Positions 10,984-20,600 of a stretch of 64,000 nt of DNA are shown in pieces (position 1 is the stretch's first letter; every line of letters starts with the position of its first letter). This DNA comes from Lepidodermella squamata. Its lineage: Eukaryota; Animalia; Gastrotricha. A model generated the notes under the pieces. That model was not told the origin of the DNA. It was given only the letters and a program-made list of their open reading frames with translations, and searched no databases. A program made the translations under genes and the position numbers. The stretch is taken from contig JBLDXI010000019.1 of the NCBI GenBank assembly GCA_047495785.1, forward strand, positions 1,674,001 through 1,738,000, read 5' to 3'.

Positions 10984-13422
10984 ATGCAGGAAAGGATATT
11001 CGTCGCCTTGTCGCTATTAGCGAGTTTTCTACCAAGTGGTCTGCAGATTAAAGACAAGAAAATTCTCATCCCCGGACTGATTCTTTTCGACGAAAGAGGT
11101 AACGTCAGCTATAAGACATGCCTAGCTACTCGAAAGGTGGTAATCGACCATATCATTGCGAGGGATGACATTCTCCCGGGCTACAAACTCGAAATCGAAT
11201 CAATCGACGAAGGTGCTGGAGCTTTTACAGCAGCTCGGAGTTTCTTCAATTTCTACAACAAATGGGAATCGGCTCATCTCAACGGATCCTTAACCATTTC
11301 TCCTGTAGTCATGGGCCCGACTGTCTCCTGCCAATCTGTCGCTCATTCGCTGAAAATGATGAGTATGATCGAAATTACTGAGCAATGCAACGGGCCTTAT
11401 CTAACTGGCCTGAAACAGAAGTATCTGACGAATATGTATCGAATGCTACAACCATCCCAGCTATCTGTAGTCGCAGTTCTTCTATTCCAGTTGCAAATGA
11501 AGTGGAAGCAAACTGGAGTTATTTCAAACTACGCGAATCCTAACGACTACACCAATGCTCAAACCTTACAGCGGCTGTCAGTCGCGAATGGCATTGATGT
11601 TATCTACTCTGGGCTGGATGATGGGGAAATCACTGACATGACCCTGATTACCATGAAGGCAAGCGGGGCGAGGATTTTTAGTATGACATCATCATTTCCC
11701 CCGGCTTGTATCAAGCTACTTTGTAGAACTCATCAATATGGAATGAGATCACCTCAATACGTCTTCATCCTCCTTTTCAGTTGCTACTTCCCACCCGATA
11801 GTTCGCAACTGTCGCTACCAGAAGGTTGCACTCGTCAAATGATCAATGAACAATTAGCAACAACTATTTGGGTTGGTCTTTATCGCGGATCCATTGAAAC
11901 TGCTGTGAACACTTCATTCGGCTATCAATCTGCTTGGTTCCAGGATCAGGTTGCCAAGGAATTGAACTATGCCCCTACATCGGATGGAGATAATCTACCG
12001 ATATGCCACGACGTTGCTATGGCAACCGTTTTAACCCTGGACAAAGCTGACAAAACGTTGAAAAGCTATCACAATTCTTCGCTAACTGATTTCAGCTCAA
12101 ATCCAACACTTGTTTCTGCGGTGATCAATCAAGCTGCGAGGCAGATAGATTTCATGGGGCTGAGAATAGGACGTGTTCAGTACTCGCGTGATATCGAGGT
12201 TATCAACGACCGGATGTTGATAGGCCAATGGCATAGAAACAGTCTAAGATTTCTGTTTCGTGCCCAGCGAAGAGATAGCGAAACAACACTTAACGTGTCA
12301 GCTTACGACCTTGTGCTGATTAATTCCACCATCTGGCCAACGAAACATGGCGGTCCGCCGAGTGATCTGTCAAATGTTTCCGATATCGTAGAGCTGCCTA
12401 GCAAAATCGCGCAAGGGACATTGTCTTTTTTCGCTATCCTGGGAATAATTGCGAATTCATTTCAATTCGCGTTTTACGTGAAAAAGAGTCAGAAGCCCGA
12501 CTGCGGTTTAGTCTTTAAGAGCTACGTGTTCAAACTCCCACTCCTCGCCGGGAGTGTTATATTGAATTTGAGCAGCCTGTTAACCGTGCTTCTGGCTGCA
12601 TCGTATCCACTACTTGAATGCAACTTGAGATTCATCTTAACAACCATTGGCTTCGTGATATTCGACGCCGTGATCATGACTCAAGCAACAATCCTTTCTC
12701 ATCTGACAACACCGATTCAAAAGCTAAAAAAGAAGAATAGAAAGCCATCAAAAAGCTTAAAGTCTATAAGAGTTAACAAGGCTGAAGTGCTGTCCGCTGA
12801 CAGGGTGGACCCTGCGAAATTAGAAGATCTTAAATTCGACATAACCTGCCGAATTTTCCTAATCACAATTATAAGCTTCATCATTTTGGTAGTATGGCTG
12901 TCAGGGGTTGATAGAGTCTCAGCCGAATTCGTGCCATCGCCAATTCTGTATGACGAGCTTGAGGATACCTATTGCCGGAGCATCAACTTGTACTGCACCT
13001 CCAAGTACTTACAAAATTGGCTGGAGGCTCTGCTAGCAATTCACGGCTGTTATCTCATCGCATCTATATTCATCTCAAATCGAAACAATAGGAATAAGGA
13101 GAAGATGACCCCCGAGTTCAAACTTGTCCGTTTGGCCTCGATCAACTCGACTGTTCTTTCGGCTTGCATGGTTCTTGTGATGCTGATTTTTCTGACATCG
13201 ACCAGTTCACCGGGCTGGATGTTGAATGTTGTTCTTGGTGTGAGTTGCACAATTTACTCGACGGTAACGTGTGGCGTCCTGTTTTATTGTCCTTCAAACA
13301 ACACGGTCGCCAGTCCTCCGTCTCGGTTTTTCGGAGTCGTAACTTCGGAAAATGCGACACGGGCCGCGACCACGAAATATCAGCACTATAAGACGACGGA
13401 GTTGGTAACGGTTGGCGGGTAG
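10984..13422 (+). CDS. Class C GPCR, GABA-B-receptor-like; close paralog of 1979-4405
   Basis: 812-aa intronless ORF, collinear with and highly similar to the 1979 copy. Confidence 0.85.
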   Translation: MQERIFVALSLLASFLPSGLQIKDKKILIPGLILFDERGNVSYKTCLATRKVVIDHIIARDDILPGYKLEIESIDEGAGAFTAARSFFNFYNKWESAHLNGSLTISPVVMGPTVSCQSVAHSLKMMSMIEITEQCNGPYLTGLKQKYLTNMYRMLQPSQLSVVAVLLFQLQMKWKQTGVISNYANPNDYTNAQTLQRLSVANGIDVIYSGLDDGEITDMTLITMKASGARIFSMTSSFPPACIKLLCRTHQYGMRSPQYVFILLFSCYFPPDSSQLSLPEGCTRQMINEQLATTIWVGLYRGSIETAVNTSFGYQSAWFQDQVAKELNYAPTSDGDNLPICHDVAMATVLTLDKADKTLKSYHNSSLTDFSSNPTLVSAVINQAARQIDFMGLRIGRVQYSRDIEVINDRMLIGQWHRNSLRFLFRAQRRDSETTLNVSAYDLVLINSTIWPTKHGGPPSDLSNVSDIVELPSKIAQGTLSFFAILGIIANSFQFAFYVKKSQKPDCGLVFKSYVFKLPLLAGSVILNLSSLLTVLLAASYPLLECNLRFILTTIGFVIFDAVIMTQATILSHLTTPIQKLKKKNRKPSKSLKSIRVNKAEVLSADRVDPAKLEDLKFDITCRIFLITIISFIILVVWLSGVDRVSAEFVPSPILYDELEDTYCRSINLYCTSKYLQNWLEALLAIHGCYLIASIFISNRNNRNKEKMTPEFKLVRLASINSTVLSACMVLVMLIFLTSTSSPGWMLNVVLGVSCTIYSTVTCGVLFYCPSNNTVASPPSRFFGVVTSENATRAATTKYQHYKTTELVTVGG

Positions 13423-14326
13423 ATGTGCGATTAAACCAAGGGGGATTGTGTGTATTAAATCATAATTGTAAATTTATTTCTGATAATAAAAATGAAACAA
13501 AATTTCATCTGTATTTTCCGAATGAGTCCCGCTTCTGTTCATTTACCTGGGTCAAAACAGCTAATAACGCCTAATAGAAACACGTCGCCCAAATTTTAAA
13601 TCAACCAAATTTGCAGCCCAAAATCAACGTTCGTGCAGCACTTTGTCAAAATTTGCGCAGCGCATTTTGACCAAACGCAGCACAAATTACGCAACCTGCA
13701 GCCGGATTTTAATGGATGCAGCGCGATTCAATTATTGCGCCGCGCAAAGACTTGACACGTCAAGACTTGAAATTATTTCCCGAATTTTTCAAAAATGCGA
13801 TTTTTTTTGGTTGCGTGAATCATAATTATTGCAGATGGCGCCGTGATTCGTCGGGCGATTTTTTGCAAAAAAACTCGAAAAAGCAATAATGCGGAAACGC
13901 GCTTCTTTCAGAATTTTTCCTACCAAAAACCGTTCCCTGACGGAATTTCCGGTTTTACAAGCGCTGAGTTGAAGGTGAGATCTACATGCCTTATTTCTTT
14001 TTTATCTATCTATAGTTGCGACTAATACCAAAATTATTATTATTTAATAAAACGAACTCAATCGTTTCTAACTTGAATTTCTAGCTACCTCGAAATAACA
14101 AGTTCTACGAAGGTTTTCCATCAATTTATGCTACCTTATATTTCCTGAAATATTCAGAAAATTCCACATTCCACAGCAGCCTGATAGAAAATCGCGTCGC
14201 ACCAACAAATCAGCTTTTTGATACCCTGTGAAGATGGTCAGCAGAAAAATTTGGCTGATAATTACAGCCACTAACAAAGGGTCGGAAAGATGAGCAAGAT
14301 TACGGCTGAAATTATATCAAATTTGC

Positions 14327-14500
14327 AAAGATCGGCCAAAGCCGCCGTGGATGCCCGGTCTCATCCCTGTCCCCGACTATGACCTGTCCTTATGACCTGT
14401 CCTCGAACTGCTGCCCAGACAAATTTTACGCCCGAAGCCGCGACTGCGGAGGGGGCCTGCTTTAATCTCTCGCAAGCCATCAACCCGGCCTCTCCGCAGC
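14327..14500 (-). ncRNA. Unknown structured ncRNA, type A copy 2 (about 174 nt)
   Basis: GCTGCGGAG/CTCCGCAGT stem, GGCTTGC/GCAGGCC stem and 3' double hairpin. Boxes at 14525 and 14570. Confidence 0.72.
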
Positions 14501-15378
14501 AAATGACCTCAAACCGGAAATCTTGCCTACGTGTTTTCGTGAAACTCGGCCTTCTCAGCTATTTTGTTAGCATATTCGTAATGGAACACACGCAGTTTTA
14601 ATTGCTGCCGTGAAAACGCCGACTGCCTACTGTGTAATGGAGGGGGTTAATTTCGAAGCCATCATTATAAGTTAACTTTTCCTATTATGTCGACTTCATC
14701 GCCTGGAAAAAAAGTATTATTTTCGAAAATTTTCGTCAACTTAAGTCGGCTTTATCTCGCAAACATAAATGTACTACGGCCGATTTTATCGCTTCATAGT
14801 CGACTTGGTCGACGGCTGATTTTTGTTCGAAATAGAGCGTTTTGACCTCAAAAACTCTTGCTGACCTAATTGTATAAGAATCATAGCAATAAAAGAAGCT
14901 GGTAAAAAGTAGGTCACAGCTAATGATGATCAATATGAAACTGGCGCCTGCTGTTTTTTCCAGTTAAAGCCAGCAAAGTCGATATTTCGGCTTTATTATA
15001 AAGGCGGCTAGGTATTTTAAAAGCTGTCATTAGTTGAATCGAATTTGTGCAAAATGCAAAATGAGTGTTGGCTCAATTTCCGCGAAACAGGCGTTCCAAA
15101 AGCTGAATGCAAAAACTCATCACTGCTATATTCATCACTGCTGAGAAGCCTATCTTACAGGCGACCAGGTGGGTGGTGCCAGGATTTTTTGTAGATTTTC
15201 TATATGATCGCAAGAAAGTTGAAAGGGAGAATAATTCAATTCAAGCTAAAGTATAAGGCGTAACGGTATCGTTAACGGAACTAATTTTTGCAAATAGCTG
15301 CAAATAGCTAGCTGGCAAACGAGATTTGTATCCGCTTTCCTGCCATCTGATTTCAAGTTTGATTTATTCAACATTCAG

Positions 15379-15639
15379 AAAAGCGGCCCAAGCCGCCGTG
15401 GATGCGTCCGGTCGCATCCCGAGCACAGCTCCACAATTTCATAATAAACTCACAAAAAACTTACCGCTGCGGATGGGGCCTAGCTGCTTTATTGAGTTAA
15501 AATTCGAAAATGATACAATATTCAGCGAGACACCTTAGACAGGTGAGCAACAGGCAAGCAGCACGCAGGCTGGGCAAAGGCAGAGAGATAAACAATAACG
15601 CACACACAGACATAACCATCGCTACGGCCTCTCCGCAGC
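15379..15639 (-). ncRNA. Unknown structured ncRNA, type B copy 2 (about 260 nt)
   Basis: Paralog of 7581-7847. Boxes at 15664 and 15709. Confidence 0.7.
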
Positions 15640-16413
15640 AACAGCAGGCTATCCTAAAATCTTGGCTACGTCTTTTTAGGAATTCCGGTCCTTTCAGCCA
15701 TTTCGTTTGCATATTCGCTATTAAACACACAGTATTTAATTGCAGCATACGGGAGACCCCGGCTGCCACGTGTGTAATAAAGGAAAATGCGGCTCAATGC
15801 GTTCCGTCGAAATGACCTCAACTCATCTCAACGTCTTCTAGGTCAAACACATCAAATACTGCCTATTTTATTTTAATGCCGCACACCAATATTCTGTTTG
15901 GCCGAGCAACTCAATTCAACTCTTCGGGGTGATGTTCCAACGAAAAGACCAGTAGGTAGAGGAAATCGTTCTTATCAATTTATAAGCCTGTTTTTGAAAA
16001 GTGAAAAAATTTCATCCATAAATCGAATTTTAAGGACATGGAAATCCTGATTTCCTGCGATTTATTGTGATTTACCGATTTAGATAATTTCATTTAATTT
16101 ATTTAGTCTCGTAAAAATTGATTTTGATTGATTGAAGGAGGTCCATGATTTAAGCCATAAAATAAAATAAAATCCAAAGCAGTGGTAACTGTAGCTTATT
16201 GTGGACTGGGCAAATTTGGAATTTACAGCTAAGGTGGAAACTGTTAGCTCTTCCAACACAACTTGATCAGTGACCAGACGTGGATTTTCTTGGAAAACCT
16301 GACCCAATATGCGGTAATCTACAGTCCACAAATGAGATTCTCAACGTTCCATTCGAAACTTTCAAGCAGAACGAGCTTGTCAGCCAATTTCAAATATGTT
16401 TTTGTTTTCTGCT

Positions 16414-16565
16414 AAAAAGATCGGCTTTTGCCGTTGTGGATGTCCGGTACCATCCCGGCCCGCTGGTTAGTCACCGAGCGATAGTTGAAGTAGACCCCTG
16501 TGGGTGGATGCTACTGACTGCGGAGGGGACTTGCAAGCAAGCCGACAACCCGGCCGCTCCGCAGC
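16414..16565 (-). ncRNA. Unknown structured ncRNA, type C (about 152 nt)
   Basis: 5' stem, two middle hairpins, GGATG..CATCC, CGGC-AAAA-GCCG and a T5 tail. Boxes at 16590 and 16635 (ATTTGCAT). Confidence 0.75.
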
Positions 16566-17236
16566 AATTATAATACATCAAAAACCTCTCGCTACCTTTT
16601 ATTATGGATCGAAATAATTTCGGGTAATTAATTTGCATATTCAATACTATATTCACCAAGCCGTTGATGGCCAAACTCATAAAGCTTGATAACTATTCTA
16701 TATAAGAAAGTAATAACGCTAGTGATTGCCGTGATAATAGTGCGCTAATGTAGGGCAAGTGTTAACTAAGCGCTATGAGCAACACAGATAGGTCAGTTTC
16801 GGGTCAATCCGCCCTCAGAGCTCCAAATGAGTACTTTCCGAGCAGCGTGAGCTGATTTAAAACTATTTTACGCGTGACCCATTTTCATTCGATAGAGAAT
16901 TGTCTGAAGTTTATGTAGATATGCACCGCCACGATACTCGAAAACAGCCCATTGACATCACCGGTAATTTTTCGCTGCAGATCATATTGATATTTGATTA
17001 TGTTAAATTATGAAATTTTCGAAATTTGCAGGACAGCCAGGAATCATCTTGCCGGTTCAAATGGCTAAATTGTTTGAACAAAGGCTGATTTTTTTACCTT
17101 CGGAAAGCAAGTTTTATTGTAAGTTCCCTCTCGTTACGGTTCTTTGACCTTCGATTCTGAAATTGAAGTCGAAATTCGCGACTCTGGTGATCTGTCACCT
17201 AATTTTAACTGAAATTTAATTTGTTTTCAGCGTTTC

Positions 17237-17411
17237 AAAGTCCGGCCTAAGCCGTCGTGGATGTCCGGTCGCATCCCGGTCCGCTAGTGTCCTGCACCGA
17301 GCGTTTACACACCTACAGTCCAGGCCATTGAAGCTCGAAGCTTGCCACCTGAACAATAGGGACTGCGGAGGGGGCTTCAATCGCAAGCCAAAGTTCCGGC
17401 CACCCCGCAGC
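17237..17411 (-). ncRNA. Unknown structured ncRNA, type D copy 2 (about 175 nt)
   Basis: Near-identical to 8667-8841. Boxes at 17436 and 17481. Confidence 0.72.
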
Positions 17412-17425
17412 AAATTTTCGCAAAT

Positions 17426-17488
17426 CAAAATTCCTGGCTGCAATTTATTGTGAGAAACTTCAATTCTGGACAAACCATTTGCATATTC
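17426..17488 (-). promoter_or_regulatory. Bipartite snRNA-type external promoter of the ncRNA family (representative copy)
   Basis: On the plus strand, NNCTRC lies 25-30 bp and GCATATT begins exactly 70 bp from the inferred +1 in all six full copies. Confidence 0.7.
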
Positions 17489-17627
17489 TCTTTGAAAAAT
17501 GAATTTTTTATTGATGGTCGGAAAAGTCACATGACACAGACACACGCACTCAATTAAACATGAGACCAAGAGCAATTTTATCTCGATTGAAATAGCTAAT
17601 TATTTATTGACATTGAAATTTAGTAAA

Positions 17628-20600
17628 ATGACTAGAATTTTTCTGAATTTCCTAACAATTTCCCTGATAATTCACGTATCAGCTAACAGAATCGGTGAAA
17701 ATGACCTAGTTCAAGACAACGCCTTTCAACCTTCCATCTCGAGTGACATTTGCATGTCGCATGGCATTGCGAAGAAGCGAAACCGAAAAAACCCGTCGAA
17801 GTTCTTCATCCGCGACTTTGAAACCGGCATTTTCTCGCCTCAACACTGCCTGAATGACGAAATTTTCAACCTCGAAGTTTGCGCCTGTATCCCGGTTGAA
17901 ATCGAAGACTCCGATCGGCCGATCAATCGAAATCGCCCTATTCGATCGATGGCTCAAAATGATACTGGCTTTTCGATTTTACACGGCGCAGCTTGGCACG
18001 GCTCGATCCGCGTCGCTAGGACTTTGATCGAAGAAGGCGCGGATATTTTCATTGAAACTAACAACAAAGAATTACCGATTCATCTCGCCGCTTATCGAAA
18101 CCAGGTTAAAATCGTGCAAGTTCTACTTGAAGCCGCTGAGGCTGAAAAGTCGCTGGGTCGTATGGTTTCAGCTCGGCAATTCCAGGGCGAGACGCCGTTT
18201 TATTACGCAATAAAGGGCCAGGCATTTGACGCGGCTTCGAAATTGCTCGAGAACGGGGCTTCGGCCGAAATTCCAGACAACGACGGTCTAGCTCCGATTC
18301 ATTATTGCGCGAAAATGAATTTGCGAGAGGCGGCTGAATTTCTGCTGAAACACGGCGTTTCAATGGCGAGCCGTACGACAGATGCCAAGAATGAGTCGTT
18401 GACAGCGTTTCACATTGCCGCGGCTTTTAATTCTTTTACAATGTTTGAATCTGATCAATTGGCCGCTCGGTTGACGGACTACGTCGAGGCGAATCGCGAT
18501 GAGGCGGCGAAAATTATGTGTTTAGCGGTTGAGAATGGAGCTCTGGAATTTTCGAAGGTTCTCGTTCGACTCGACGGTTCCTTAGCATCACGGCCAAACT
18601 GCTCGATAGATACGGTAATCAGGATTTACAACACTCTTTTCTACGATATTTTAACCTAATACATTATGTTATGTTGTCCACTAATTTTCAATGGTATTTA
18701 ATTTTGATTTTTTGGGATTTTCGGCCTGCATGTTAAATTTTGTCGTATTTAAATTCGGTTTCTAGTTGGAAATTTCCGATTTTTTTAATTAAAATTAAAA
18801 TGTATTTTTTCAAGATCGGTAATTTTTGCAAATTTAGGGATCTAACTCTACATTTTCCCAAAAATTATGGTTCGCCTGCTGTTTTCTCCAATTCATTGAA
18901 TGCTCAATTCATATAGGTGCCGGTTGTTGACGCAAAATTCGTCGATGACTAATACTACTCTTTACTATACAGACTATCTTTTAGCAAAATCGAATTTACG
19001 TGAGCGGAACCTAAATTTCTGTTGCCGAACCAATTTTACATTCGCGAAAAATTTAAAGAATTTTGGGCATCGTATGATTTCTAAAGTCTTGCACAGAATT
19101 TCACTCTGAATTTAAAAATATTTTATTTAGAATTACGATGACCTTTTATAATATCTTTGGAAGTTCTGATAAGTGGTTCCAGGCCCAATAAATATTCCGA
19201 AATTTGGTTCGGTAACAGGAGGCCCCTTTACATGTTGATAACACGAACGGCTTTCATACGACACGGGTAAATGACGCCTTACATGCTTTTACTATAACCA
19301 TTTCAACCCATGTCCGTCCTGGAACTCTTTTTCGGGCTGCTTTTTGTGTTTCGCTGTGCCTTTTTATGACGACCCGCGTGATGTCACAGCAGTTTAAGAG
19401 CCGCTAACAGCTGAACGCGAGTACCAGAAGTTCGCCAGTTATTAGCCGTAACACTCAAAGAGCCACGTGGAGTATTCTGTTCGCATTTAGCCTTCTGGTT
19501 GTAGAAATTTTATATTAACATTTTGTGGGCCGTATCGCAGTAACCCGAAGTCGAAAAGACACGTTCGATTTCGCATTTTCCCGCCAGAACGAGTAGTAGT
19601 AGTATAGCCAAGCAGAGCAGTTGCCGAACGAAGCACGGTTAACCGCGCCAGGGCCAAGCAGAGAAGGCTGCTCTGGTCGAGGATCAGTGAGATTTGCGTA
19701 TTGAAGTTGGCGTTACGCGTAACGATGCGATTTTCGGCCGCTTGGTCAGAACTTCAATCGCCTCGGGTTGGGAAGGCTCGCCCGAATGTTGATTAGTCGA
19801 TTTCTTACTTCAGCCGACAGTTGGTTGATCAAGGCTTTGGCCTTACCGTAGGACTGGACGCTCAGGTCGCGCAATGTTGGCGGCAAGCAGGAGTTAGGTG
19901 TCTCTTAGCTGATCTGTGAAACGAGTTTCAAGACCAGTTGCCAGGTCGAGGCGAAGACGACGCAAATCGTTGCTTTGAAATTTGGTGTCGTCGCGCAGGT
20001 AGTTCATTGAATTGCGAATTTGGGACCACGACGATTCCGCAGTGTGCATCAGCCACCTTTAGATGAAAGAAGAACAAGTGCAGATATCGCGAGATACCTC
20101 TGAATTCAAAACCAGGTCGATCATGATCCTCGAAATCTGGAGAAGCGTTCCTATGAGCCGCGGGTGGGCGTCCGTGAGCTTTAAGGAAGTCGAGATGTAG
20201 CTGGGTATAATTTAAAATTTCCTTACATATTTGTGAATGAAAGATTGCACCCTTAAATAACTTTAAAATTGAAATAAAAAAATGTAGAAAATTTAAGATT
20301 AACAATTTTTCACCGTGGGGATTCCGAAGTGACTTGTATCACATTGATTTACTGTAATCTCACGATCAAAACCATGGTGTTAATTACCATTAACGAAGCT
20401 TAAAAATTGAAAAAATATTTTAGGACCTTAATTTGGGTGTTGAAAATATTTGGAGAAAAATTCTCTGAAATTTGAATTTTTCGTTTATTTTTAGCAAAAG
20501 GAAATTTATGGCGCACCTCTGAGTATCGCCTGCTATCAAAATGACTCGAATATGGCCGAATTTCTACTTAAGCGCCAAGACGTTGACCCGAACGCGAAAG

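Noticed and set aside
14378-14403. Direct repeat of nuclear-receptor half-sites (AGGTCA x2)
   Set aside because: Explained by a 13-bp local tandem duplication found in one copy only.
16464-16474. CUAACC telomerase-template-like sequence in type C RNA
   Set aside because: Present in one type only and overlapping a hairpin; no pseudoknot evident.
6860-17411. CRISPR array or SINE interpretation of the repeated motif
   Set aside because: Units are about 1 kb apart, there are no cas genes and the context is eukaryotic. No internal A/B boxes, TSDs or poly-A, and the conserved upstream boxes argue against retroposition.
7557-17575. Short ORFs overlapping the ncRNA copies (e.g. 7729-8043, 15497-15769, 17216-17575)
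   Set aside because: Frames are not conserved between paralogs and indels are not multiples of three; conservation follows base pairing.
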